The notes beneath the pieces were generated by a model that was given only the letters and a program-made list of their open reading frames with translations, was not told where the DNA came from and searched no databases. From positions 49,459 to 113,458 of IMG/VR virus record IMGVR_UViG_3300035698_022475: a stretch of DNA of 64,000 bases. The stretch is one strand, 5' to 3'. Position 1 is the stretch's first letter; every line of letters starts with the position of its first letter. Of this stretch, positions 47,907 through 58,092 are shown in pieces. This DNA comes from a virus. The translations under genes were made by a program, and so were the position numbers.

Positions 47907-48490
47907 GAAATAGTCCTCGACGTGGGAACCTGGGTGTAGACCCAATTGAAGAACTTCATCGCCCACCTCTTACTCTTCCAGCGTTTGACATGAAAGCCGG
48001 TTACGCTCTTGGGTGGAAACTTGAGTTCTTTCGCTGTGTCGAAGTAATGACAGCGAGAAGTAACAAAGCCTGGATAACTACGGAGCAACTTCCCCGCGCC
48101 CTCTATTAGAGGCGGCGGACCAATCCAGAAGCACTCACGATCTCCTACCTGGTCAAGCAAACGCCGAACAGGCCCACGCACACAAGAAGCGGGGGTTCTG
48201 AGGGTGTTCATTCCCAGGACGATGATGACAGTGTCTGGTTTAAACTCGTTGACCAGCTCTGCCATTTGGTTGTTTCGAGCGAAGGTGCTGGGACGCGCTC
48301 CGATACGCGAATCAATTTTGAGCGTAGAGGGCGCCGCTTCGAACGTCTCCTCTATATACAGCCCCAACCCTGAGCCCTCTCCGATGAGAGAATCCCCGAT
48401 CACGAGTATCTTTCGATACCGCCACACAGGATTCGTGTCTGCGGAGGCTGTTGCCGCGACGAGCAGAACAGCCATGATAAGGTATCTCAT
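47903..48490 (-). CDS. Secreted SGNH/GDSL hydrolase-family protein
   Basis: Signal peptide; LVIGDSL, IVLGMN, WIGPPP and TGFH motifs. Confidence 0.8.
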   Translation of the reverse strand: MRYLIMAVLLVAATASADTNPVWRYRKILVIGDSLIGEGSGLGLYIEETFEAAPSTLKIDSRIGARPSTFARNNQMAELVNEFKPDTVIIVLGMNTLRTPASCVRGPVRRLLDQVGDRECFWIGPPPLIEGAGKLLRSYPGFVTSRCHYFDTAKELKFPPKSVTGFHVKRWKSKRWAMKFFNWVYTQVPTSRTIS

Positions 48491-48873
48491 TTATTTTTCT
48501 CCAGTATCTCGCGTTCCTTGTCCAGGTCACGGTTGAGGGCTCCGTCTTCGTTGAACTTGTCACCGAAGCGGGCCTTGAGTTTGGCGATGTTCTTCTCCCA
48601 CACCTCTTCGAAAGAGATACCGAGAGCATCGCACAGAAGCGCCAAGTACCAGAAGGTGTCGCCGGCTTCTTCAGCCAGGTTAACCTCGTCGAGCGCGCCA
48701 CCGTAGTAGATGTGCTTCTTCACAGCATCGAGCATCTCTCCACCTTCTGTGGAAATGCCAATAGCCGCATGGAGCAGCCGTTGAGTTTTAGGAGACTCCA
48801 GACGATGAGCGATCTGCTCGTGGTCTCGGCTCTCGGTCTTGACGGCATTGCTTACGTATTCTTTTGGATTCAC
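48487..48873 (-). CDS. MazG-like nucleotide pyrophosphohydrolase
   Basis: LHAAIGISTEGGEMLDAVKK...EEAGDTFWY...NIAKLKARF. Confidence 0.88.
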   Translation of the reverse strand: MNPKEYVSNAVKTESRDHEQIAHRLESPKTQRLLHAAIGISTEGGEMLDAVKKHIYYGGALDEVNLAEEAGDTFWYLALLCDALGISFEEVWEKNIAKLKARFGDKFNEDGALNRDLDKEREILEKNK

Positions 48874-48886
48874 TTGTTCCTCCTAA

Positions 48887-50404
48887 TCAGTAGTCCTGAC
48901 GTCGCATGTTCCACACGTCATGGAGCATACGAAGACAGGTGTTCTCGGGGACATCTTCAAAATGAGTTCCTGTCTTGATACCATACTCCCCGCAAAGGGG
49001 GACAGTCGTATGAAGACTATAACGCCGGCTAAGGACGTTTTCACTCGGATAATGCGTAGCTTCTACAATAAGTGTGAATACCGGGGCGGCAATACCGTTA
49101 TTGAACTGCCGCTCCAGAGTCTTCCCAGTAACGTGATACACGCGCCCTCCTATTCGTAAAACGGTTGTGGTTTATCGTGATGGATATTGACTCCGTATTT
49201 AGGGCAAAGGTTATGTTTTGAAACGACGATAGAAAGGGGATTACGCTCTGTGTTGTACTCAACCATCCGGTCATTGCCGCGGTCAAACCAGTCGGAATGG
49301 TCTCGCCACCAAGTACAGTACACGAAACCCTCCCGGTGTCGGGACAGAGGTGCTTCGTTCACTACGACCGAATACTCGCAAAAGCTTTTCTCATAAGGGC
49401 CTCCCCTATCATGCCATGATATTTGACGTCGAAATGTTATCCGGCTTACGTGGACCATTAGAATACTCTCCCTACCAACACACTGTGTTCGCGAGGCAAG
49501 ATAGGCCCATACTCCCAGAGAGTCCGGGGGTTCTCACGAAGAACATGATACAAGGCCGCAATCCCATTAACCGCGTAGTACGAATACTGCGTGGTGTGAG
49601 TTGCGTAGTCTTTCAGGTATACAGTATTTTTAAAGACTCGCCGAAGTGCGACTCTCACATAGAAGAACAGATTGTCGTCCACCCCTCTAGTTTGAAGCTC
49701 TAAAATAACACGGTCAACGTGGTGCATTATACCACTCGTATATCCCTCGGAGACGTGAGGAGTGGGGCACCTGGTGGTGCAAAAAGAGAAAGGATTCATA
49801 GCACCTCAGTGTGGGCATCCAGTAGTAAAATCTAAACTCAACGCAGTAGGTGCTGGTGATATGTGGGTGTCTTACAGTTAGCACCTCAACACTAGAGAAG
49901 TGGACCATCAGAAAATCCTCCCCCAAGTCAACGACTCGTACCACCGGTATATCCAACGAAGACACGGGCCGTGGAGTACCTCGTTGTACCGATAGAGAAA
50001 GGACTCGGCAATACGTAACTTCCCAATGCGCGAGAGGTCTATGTAGAAAAATCTGAAGTCGATGGCGTAAGGACGTTTTAGCCTTACCAGCTCGAGCCCT
50101 GAGAAATGCTCCATCTTTACGTCGTAAACCCAAAGGCGGCGATTACACAGCCCAGTGGTTTTACGTTTGGGGGAATAGAGTGCCGGGTGAGTCTACCCTC
50201 ATAAGACCCATCCGGACGAGGATACGGCTTAGCAATAGTCTTGTGCACTGGGACGGGGCAGATAAACTGGGGAGCCTCTTCTAGAAGGCCTATGCTGCTT
50301 GTGACGCTTGTACCAGCCCCTTCGTGAGTATAGAGAGCCACAACCTGGATGACGTTGTCGAGATCCCTGTCCAAAGGACGCTGAGACATTAGGATAAAAT
50401 GCAT
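48887..50404 (-). CDS. MxH micro-gene cluster (starts 50404 MHFI, 50114 MEHF, 49908 MVHF, 49727 MHHV, 49458 MVHV, 49141 MYHV)
   Basis: 64-102 aa each, abutting or overlapping; preceded by TGGTATAAA at 50428-50436. Confidence 0.7.
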
Positions 50405-50447
50405 CCTAAACCTCCTTTCGTTATTGATTTATACCAAAAGAAGGTCG

Positions 50448-50771
50448 CTACTTGAGGCCAGAGGCCTTTCCTGCTGTAGGCATCGGCAGCTTGGGTGGTG
50501 TGGCCGCTTTCACGGGCCCCATCTTATTCGCGATAGTCGTGGACGGGAGAGTAACCTGTTGTGCCGACATAGGCGGAGTCAGCTTCGGTCTCTGCCCCGT
50601 ATTACTCGGCATTGTAGTTTTCGGAGTTGTGAAGTTTGCCTTGAGAGGCGACGGTGCACGAGTGACACTCCTCCCCAATCCTGCTGGAGTTCCGGTGCCG
50701 GTTCCGAAGCTCATGCCGGCAGCGACCTTGGCTATGACTTCGTCGGCTATTTGTGATGCTGTTTTTTTCAT
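50448..50771 (-). CDS. Small basic P/T-rich protein with KVAA leader
   Basis: MKKTASQIADEVIAKVAA N-terminus is nearly identical to that of 27267-27479. Confidence 0.65.
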   Translation of the reverse strand: MKKTASQIADEVIAKVAAGMSFGTGTGTPAGLGRSVTRAPSPLKANFTTPKTTMPSNTGQRPKLTPPMSAQQVTLPSTTIANKMGPVKAATPPKLPMPTAGKASGLK

Positions 50772-51001
50772 CGTAACCCCATAATCTCGTAATACGTAAA
50801 CATCCAGGCACCCGCACAGAGCAGGTAGATCACGGGAGGCTTGATATCTCCACCCTCCCACGTCAGCAACAAGAGAAGGGACGCTACAACAGCGCCAAAC
50901 ACGGAGCCCCAGAAAAGTCGTTTGTTTCTCTTCTTCATGTCTCAAAGTATAGGCAGAAACCAAAAGAAACGGAAGGGCTAAGCCCCTCCCGCTCCTACGG
51001 G

Positions 51002-51388
51002 CTAGAGCCGCATGAAGGCTCTCTCAATGTCGCAGGTCTGCTCGTGTGTGAGGCCGGGACGCTGTTGTGCTTCGTACAATTGCTGGCCGTCGACGCGCTC
51101 GAGGCCCAGCCGAAAGGACTCCTCGATGGTGAGCAGCCTCAGCTTGGTACCAGACCAGTAGTAGGCCCGTAAGGGTTTGTCCTTCTTCCAGACGGATACG
51201 ACGCCATCTTCATTCCTGGCCACCCTGAGTATTATACCCGACTCACTCTCCTGCATTACCGACCCCAGAGTCTCAGGGCTGCACTGCGCAGGCTTGACCC
51301 TCTTGTAGGTCCGCTCCTTCGAATTGACCGTAAGAAAGCCGTTCTCCTTCATCTCGGCACGTACAAAGCGTGCTTCCTTGGATGCCAT
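51002..51388 (-). CDS. Hypothetical protein
   Basis: AAGGAGG RBS; TGGTACAAG at 51417-51425. Confidence 0.7.
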   Translation of the reverse strand: MASKEARFVRAEMKENGFLTVNSKERTYKRVKPAQCSPETLGSVMQESESGIILRVARNEDGVVSVWKKDKPLRAYYWSGTKLRLLTIEESFRLGLERVDGQQLYEAQQRPGLTHEQTCDIERAFMRL

Positions 51389-51430
51389 GTCACACCTCCT
51401 TTTAGGTTGTCATGTTCTTGTACCACAACG

Positions 51431-51757
51431 TCAGGGGCGATACCCAGCCTTGCGGTTCGTCACATTATGTTCTTGCTCAAGCATCTCGTACTGGCCATTA
51501 GGCCAACGACGCCTCACGTGAACCACAACAGTAAACGTACGTGGGCACAGAAACGCTAACGCCGCCAACCGCAAGTCCGATAGGCTCCGAAGTTTTTGGA
51601 TAAGCATCTGGGTCGGAGGAAAGCCTCCAAAGTACTCATACCGCGAGTGGTTATTACTCGGAGTAACGTAATTAATATGTCCTTCACACAGCGACGTACG
51701 ATTACGGTCTTTGGCGTCGAAGCTGTACGCCACACGGATAGTATCAAACTGTAGCAT
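51431..51757 (-). CDS. Hypothetical protein
   Basis: 108 aa. Confidence 0.5.
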   Translation of the reverse strand: MLQFDTIRVAYSFDAKDRNRTSLCEGHINYVTPSNNHSRYEYFGGFPPTQMLIQKLRSLSDLRLAALAFLCPRTFTVVVHVRRRWPNGQYEMLEQEHNVTNRKAGYRP

Positions 51758-52082
51758 CGAAGGGATACGACCTTTCCGGCTGCAACTCGAAGATATGTAC
51801 GGTTTGGGTGCCGTTGTCGATAACTGCTCCGCCGAGGTATCTGAAACGCTGGGGATTAAGCACCTCGCCGTAAACCGGCCTCAAGCAATAACCCTGAGTG
51901 GCCAAGTATAGATCTACGGGTACCGCCCCCACTTCGTCAACCGGCGCCCAGTACACAACTGCGGGAGTGTTCCCTTCTGTGCAAACCCCGACAAGAATTG
52001 AACCTTTGGGGAATTGCTCTGTGACGGGGCCGTTGCTAGTGTAGAGAGGAAGTACCGAGAGGGTGTACTCAGTCTGTGACAT
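51744..52082 (-). CDS. Hypothetical protein
   Basis: FPKGSILVGV...RYLGG...VHIFE. Confidence 0.55.
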   Translation of the reverse strand: MSQTEYTLSVLPLYTSNGPVTEQFPKGSILVGVCTEGNTPAVVYWAPVDEVGAVPVDLYLATQGYCLRPVYGEVLNPQRFRYLGGAVIDNGTQTVHIFELQPERSYPFDATV

Positions 52083-52704
52083 CCACGAGGCCGGTGCTGG
52101 TCAGGAGCCGTCCCTGGGGATCGGTCTGATAGAAATTGTTCTCACAGGCACCGTACTCCACCTTCCATGTGCCGGCATCAACGTCCCACTCGGCGTGCGC
52201 TGTGCACAGCATGTCGGTAGCACCTTCGCCCTCGGTAAGCAGCTCACCGGAGAGGGGGTCACGGCGTCGGAACCTGGTGCCCTCTTTGAGTTGACTCCAG
52301 TACCCCGACTTCCACTCGTGTGACCCTGCATTCCACACCTCGAGCATGACAGGAGGATTCACCTTCACGTCGGGATCCTCATGGGGCGGCAGGCCCTGGG
52401 CGTAGGCTGTTGCCAAACGCTGCAGCGCTTCGCTCTGCTCTTTGGAGTCATGCAGCTCCTTGTGGAGACGCTGTGACTCGATGTAGTCGTGGTTGAAGAG
52501 AAGCGCGTGATGTACGCCCTCGTTGACCCGCGGACTTGAATGCGGGACTTCCCGAAGACGATACTCCGGCGGGAGCACGAGGTGCAGAAGGCCGGGTGTG
52601 GCCTTGAGGTCAAGAGTAAGTACGAGCTTGCTGTCCACGATGACCTTGACAGGCCCCTCGACAGACTCGGTTTTGAATTCAACAATTGTGGGATCAATGT
52701 CCAT
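52069..52704 (-). CDS. Hypothetical protein
   Basis: AGGAGG RBS before MDIDP. Confidence 0.65.
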   Translation of the reverse strand: MDIDPTIVEFKTESVEGPVKVIVDSKLVLTLDLKATPGLLHLVLPPEYRLREVPHSSPRVNEGVHHALLFNHDYIESQRLHKELHDSKEQSEALQRLATAYAQGLPPHEDPDVKVNPPVMLEVWNAGSHEWKSGYWSQLKEGTRFRRRDPLSGELLTEGEGATDMLCTAHAEWDVDAGTWKVEYGACENNFYQTDPQGRLLTSTGLVDVTD

Positions 52705-54898
52705 TGTTTTCCTCCTGGTTTGGCTTAACGTGTCTAAACGTATACACACGTTCTTTGAAAGTAAAGGAGCGTCGAAACATAATATTAGAGTACATGTGGG
52801 TCGTCGCTGACGAGTAGATGTCTCGGGGCATGAGGACATGTAAGTGAAGAGACCGGGGAAGCTGGCTATTACGAATAATAGTGTACTCTCCTTCCCTTGA
52901 TCCGGGGACGTCGTAAGTCAGAAGTACGTGGATACCTTCACCCCCGAGAATGCCTACGTGCCGCATCGGCTTGCTATGCCCCGGGCAAGCGCGGCCACCC
53001 TCTTGGCTCCTGTGTCACCAAAGCGGTCAACGTAAGCAAGATATGGGCTACAAGGGTTAAAGGGAAGCTTAATAATGTTGTAGATACGAGGGCCTATCAG
53101 GAGGGAATAGAAGCCAGGGGCTTCACTAGTATCCCACATCCACACATAAAGCTCGCCGAAAGAGTTCAGTTTAGCTTGTTCAAAGTGCATCATCAAAGCC
53201 CCCGCGGCATCGGAATTAAGCCTGTGTGGATAAGCTTCTCCAATACTTCTTTTGTGAGAGTATCTTCCGGATTATCGAGGAAGATCGATTGAAAGCTCCA
53301 ACCCGATCTTGAGTCTCTGAACCGGTAGGCGACCCCGCCTGGAGCGGAGACAGTGCCTTCGTAATGTTTCAAAATACCCTCGGGCGACCTAGTTGCGCCC
53401 GGATGAAGTTCGACATCTCTTCTCCCATCGCAGCCTCCATAGCGGTTTGGGTGCGGGTGACGTAGGGACCTTCTGTGATTTGTCCAGCTCCGTGCTTGTG
53501 AGTTATCTCAACCCACGAGTACTTGGACCTTGTAGGAATAAGGGGATGCTGGAGGTATTTGCAGTCGAAGTGTCTCATTCGTCAAACCGCCCATGAACCA
53601 GGATCGAGATAGTGCTCTGTAACCCTGGACCCACCTACCGCCCCCCCGGCACGCCAAGAGAGCACCCACAAATACTTAAAGAAAGGGCGTCGCCCATCAA
53701 AGTGTCTCATTGGATTCCTCCTCTCTTCGCCGCAGGCGAGCAGCGCACACAGGACTGAGACCATATTTTCCGATTGAGTGAGGATAATACATTGAGTAAA
53801 TGAGTCGCCAATTCCGCGGCCCGCGCCTGGTCCAGCGTACAGCCCAATTAGCGCCGCCGCCGTCAGGGTCTAATGAATCAAAATGCCTCATGGTCCCTCC
53901 TTTCTACCTTTTGGATACTACCATTAAAGTGGTCTCGGACAACATCATCTCCCACATGGACACTGCCGCCCGCAACCGCCCAGTAGGTTTGTATGGATCT
54001 GACACAGTCAGGAAACAGAGGAGCTATCAGCGCTTCCGATATCTCGGCCTGGTCCCAGCCTTCTAACGAGGGGTCGTTAGCCTGAAAGCTACACTCGGCG
54101 ATAAAGTCACACCCTCGGGAGCCGCTGTAGTAGATCTCGACGAGTCCGCGAGCATTCGCTCCCCAGTTTCCCTCGCAGAAGCATTCTTGCAGATGAACTT
54201 GAAACATTAGTAATCTCCTAAAGAGTGAATCATATTCTCACCACCCAAGCATATCGTCAGGCTGCCAGTGAAAAGGGTGTACACGCAGAACGCTACCTGT
54301 AGTCATCACTCCGGTTACTACTTGAGGCGCTCTGATACTGTACAGCTCTCCAATCACTCGTCCACGGGAAATATTTCTGTATAAGATTACGACGGAATAC
54401 TTGGTGTAGGCCGCCATCTCCCCTGCGATGCTGGGCTCGGCGTGGTAAACGTGAATCATGTCCTTACCCCCTTGTGAATAGTTAAGGGTACGCAGTTCCA
54501 GCGCCGGCTGGGTTGTCGGAGGACGCTACCCGTAGCGCGCACCTCGTAGCGCCGCAGCTCCATTCCAATCGTTGTTACAACCGGATGCCATGTTACTATG
54601 AATGTATATATAGCTCCGGTGGAATATGTCATTATCGGAATAGCTTTAGTGTGTTCAATGTGAATCATCTCGACCACGCCGCTACTGAGGATACCAAAAT
54701 CCAGTGCTTGGGGGCTATTCGAAGAATACTCCCCGCCCTCCTCCCACTACCCGCACCCAAAGGAGCACAAATGGTCCAATTATCGATGCGCCTTGGCGCA
54801 GGATCTGCGGAGTTATAGTACTCAAGACGAAGAGCGTATATTGACGAAAAGCTATTATGTCGAAGAGTAGTAAGACCGCGGGGGCTTACGTGAATCAC
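52694..54898 (-). CDS. MxH micro-gene cluster (starts 54898 IHV, 54668 IHI, 54459 IHV, 53891/53710/53578 RHFD, 53372 KHY, 53193 MHF, 52966 RHV; plus 54207 MFQVH)
   Basis: 42-109 aa each; mostly overlapping stop/start junctions. Confidence 0.7.
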
Positions 54899-55132
54899 GG
54901 TCCCACCAATACGCGATACCAAAGCTCCGTCTTATACCAATTATCCGCGTTGGGAGGGACAACGTAGTCGTAGTATTCTGTATAGACGGCGCCTGGGGAT
55001 AGCCCCCTGAGTCCCCTATAGTGGAACTCGAAAACAACAGTAGCAGGACGAGGAGGTGAAGGGGCCTTAACGCGTTTACCTGTATTAATACTGTGCACCG
55101 CCGGTCGACCTGGCCGTGGGAGCGTACGCTCT

Positions 55133-55867
55133 TTAAGATACGCTGTCACGAACATCGGGGAGCCTCTTGAGCCCACGCACGATACTCTTTGCGTGGAAGG
55201 TCACACGCCGATCACCCGGGTAAACGACTGCGGAGATTGCTTGTATTGTGGTATTCCACTCAGCACGCTCGGCCTCCAACGCCGCGACGCGCTTCTCCAA
55301 CTCCTGCTGGTCATCGCAGGGGGCGCCGGGCTCGTGCACCCACTTACGGGCTATCTCACACAGGGCCACAAACACTGCATCTTTGTCACGCTCCAGATGT
55401 CCCAGCTTGTAGTAGGACACCATGTCAGGATGTGTCTTGGCTTCAGGGTCACGAACCTCCCCGTAAACCCATCCCATCTTTTCGTAGGCTTTCATCCAGT
55501 CCTGATGCAGAGCTGCAGCGTTGCTGCTACGGCCAGGCCCCATCTGTTTCTCGATGACTTTCTCGAACTGCTCACGGAAAGCCAGCTCACGGTCGTCGTA
55601 GGGCTCGGGGACTATGGGAGCCTCCGCGGCTGCCGCAGCAATACGAGTTCCCTCGTAAACGAACTTGGCTCTTCTGTAATTCAGACTCATGACTTTTTCC
55701 TCCCGAACGTGCAGGGGCTCCATCGTACAACCCCGACAGACAGCCCGGCACGCAGGAGGCCAGTCATGGCAACGCGCCTCGTACTCCAACTCTCCGCCTT
55801 CGGGAGCCTCGCCTACTCCGACAGTTTGTCCACAATGAGCACACTCACCTATCTTACTCGTCTCCAT
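55133..55867 (-). CDS. RyR-domain protein
   Basis: LHQDWMKAYEKMGWVYGEVRDPEAKTHPDMVSYYKL...DKD matches the RyR repeat consensus. Confidence 0.8.
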   Translation of the reverse strand: METSKIGECAHCGQTVGVGEAPEGGELEYEARCHDWPPACRAVCRGCTMEPLHVREEKVMSLNYRRAKFVYEGTRIAAAAAEAPIVPEPYDDRELAFREQFEKVIEKQMGPGRSSNAAALHQDWMKAYEKMGWVYGEVRDPEAKTHPDMVSYYKLGHLERDKDAVFVALCEIARKWVHEPGAPCDDQQELEKRVAALEAERAEWNTTIQAISAVVYPGDRRVTFHAKSIVRGLKRLPDVRDSVS

Positions 55868-55868
55868 A

Positions 55869-56141
55869 TTACTTTCTCCTCTTTTTCTTTTGTTTGTTTC
55901 TTGAGCGCTGAGAAGCCGGCCACCATCGTCCACAACCTTTCTTGCTGAAACAAGCCAAGCTGCGCTGCCCGAAGGCTATCCAGATGGACAGCTTCTCACA
56001 CCCACAATAAGGGCATTTCACGTCAACTTCCCCCTCTCCGTGAGGGTCACAGAGGATGTTGAAGACATCCTTCGGCCCGTCCGCTCCGTCAATCAGGTTC
56101 TGCCAAAACTTCCTTGTCTGGAGCTTTTTGAACCATTTCAT
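55869..56141 (-). CDS. Small Zn-ribbon protein
   Basis: CPYCG...CFSKKGC. Confidence 0.55.
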   Translation of the reverse strand: MKWFKKLQTRKFWQNLIDGADGPKDVFNILCDPHGEGEVDVKCPYCGCEKLSIWIAFGQRSLACFSKKGCGRWWPASQRSRNKQKKKRRK

Positions 56142-58092
56142 CTTTTCTTGTTGCCGTACTGTCTTGTAAGGCTCGTTTTGCATTCTTCTTTGTCTCCTTT
56201 GCTTTCAACGCCGACGCTTTGCGGAGACGTTTGAGCATAGCAGGGTTAGCCCGTAAGTGCGGGAGCTTGCTTCGGTCGGTGATACCCTGATCAATCAGTT
56301 CGTAGCACAAGTAGCGGGCTCGGCGACAAATCGCATCCCACGTACGGCCCGGGCATCCTTCCAGGATCCAACGACGCTCACTCGCACCCATCTCAGGGTG
56401 ATAGTGTTTGATGATGATGTTGTCCTCGGTGTGGTGGTACGGCTCCGAAAATACCTTCTTCGAGACCGTATGCGCCTGCTGGTGGCGACGCTCCAAGAAC
56501 CGTGATGACTGCCTATAGACACCCAACTCCCGGGCTGTGAGATTCTTGAACTCTCCGAGCCACTCGTACACGGAGTCATAGTCAAAGTTGCCTCCAAAAT
56601 GAACAGAGCGCAGAAACTCAATAGTGTAGTACTCGTGTTCGATGTCTGCGTGAACGTAGACACCTTTCTTCACCACCTCTATTCCGCGAGTATCCACTCT
56701 GCGCGTGTCACAACGTGGGATTTCCCAGTCCAGGGGGCTGAAGTAGGCGTTGCCAAACCACAGGAGAACACGCACACGAATCTTTCGGCCTCCTGTAACA
56801 TCAAACTCAGGTGATTCAGCAACGAAAGGACGCCTGCCCCAACGCTTGGCCTTCTCGGGGTTACGCACACGCACATCAAGAGTCGCACGAATATTGTACG
56901 CTTTCCGCATATGCTTTCGTATTTCTGCCATTGGAACGATCCAGAGTTCACTCTCTTGAGTAGCCTCCCCGAAGTAGGAGCGGGCCATCCCGATGAACTT
57001 CGAGTAGTCCACAGCGTAATCGAAGTAGGGGTAGCGCAGCCTGAACCAATCAACAAAGACAGCACCACAACTACTCAAAGGCTTCCCGGCCATCTTCTGT
57101 TCTTTCAAGAAGTCAACGAAGGTCTGACAACCAGCCTTGGTGCGTAGCTCTGCGTACTTCCCCATGTGGATGATAGCGTAGGGTATCTTCCGCACCGGAG
57201 TGGGATGGTAGGTGTAGTAGTGGACTCCGTGGTCCTTGGCGTTGGTGGCACTGTAGATGTAGGACAGCTCATAAAAACGACGGTTCTGGGGGTCGGGGAG
57301 GTTGGTGAAGCCCTCTTCTTCCATCTTCGGAGTGATATCGATATCCTTGTAGTCCGGGAACTTCTGCCGGTTGGTGTTGACCACCCTACTGAGACTGAGG
57401 GCACTGAGGCGCTGCTTAAGAGGAGCATCGTACTCTGACTGGTAGTAGAGTTTACGCAGTAAATCATCTGTGTTTTTTCCCAAGAGCCCCGGCGACTTGA
57501 AATAGCCCGAAAAGTTCTTACGAATCGTCCCCTGCAGTGCGTGGAGGATGAGACCGTCACTCAGCACGTAGTTGTTGAACTGCTGCAATATATCGGTTTC
57601 ACGTCGTGTGAGTGCGGGGTAGCGGACAGGGTCAAAGCTGACGCTGTTGAAGGCCAGCCCGAACGCTTGAATCATCTGCCTGGTGAGCAGCTCTGCCGGC
57701 ATGAGGGCCCGGCGCCGCACGAAGTTGCCGTACAGTCCCCACCACAGCAATGCAAGAGCGGGGAGGCTGCTGACGTTGGTAATCATGTCGGGTCCTACCT
57801 TAAAGAGGACACCCCAGTCGATGACAACCCAGAGGGGGCGCCGAATGCTCTCGAGAGGCTTCCGGCGTTGGAACGCCCAATCACTGGTGGTGAAGATGCC
57901 AGCAGGAGGCATCCTACCGTCTTCTGCCAGCTCTTCAAGAGAAGGAACCATGTCGGTGCGGTCAGCACCAAAGACGTGAGCGAGTACACCCCTACGCAGC
58001 TCGTGAAGCACAATACCTGGCCAGTAACGGAAGGCTTCGACAGCCCTCGTCAGCGGCTCAGATTCGAAAATTTGGGACAGCTTTGTATACAT
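56089..58092 (-). CDS. Large hypothetical protein with C-terminal Myb/SANT-like DNA-binding motif
   Basis: GGAGG RBS; YHHTEDNIIIKHY...ILEGCPGRTWDAICRRARYL. Confidence 0.55.
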   Translation of the reverse strand: MYTKLSQIFESEPLTRAVEAFRYWPGIVLHELRRGVLAHVFGADRTDMVPSLEELAEDGRMPPAGIFTTSDWAFQRRKPLESIRRPLWVVIDWGVLFKVGPDMITNVSSLPALALLWWGLYGNFVRRRALMPAELLTRQMIQAFGLAFNSVSFDPVRYPALTRRETDILQQFNNYVLSDGLILHALQGTIRKNFSGYFKSPGLLGKNTDDLLRKLYYQSEYDAPLKQRLSALSLSRVVNTNRQKFPDYKDIDITPKMEEEGFTNLPDPQNRRFYELSYIYSATNAKDHGVHYYTYHPTPVRKIPYAIIHMGKYAELRTKAGCQTFVDFLKEQKMAGKPLSSCGAVFVDWFRLRYPYFDYAVDYSKFIGMARSYFGEATQESELWIVPMAEIRKHMRKAYNIRATLDVRVRNPEKAKRWGRRPFVAESPEFDVTGGRKIRVRVLLWFGNAYFSPLDWEIPRCDTRRVDTRGIEVVKKGVYVHADIEHEYYTIEFLRSVHFGGNFDYDSVYEWLGEFKNLTARELGVYRQSSRFLERRHQQAHTVSKKVFSEPYHHTEDNIIIKHYHPEMGASERRWILEGCPGRTWDAICRRARYLCYELIDQGITDRSKLPHLRANPAMLKRLRKASALKAKETKKNAKRALQDSTATRKDEMVQKAPDKEVLAEPD

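Noticed and set aside
56089-58092. Reverse transcriptase partner for the ncRNA array
   Set aside because: No YxDD or other RT motifs in this or any other ORF I could read in the window.
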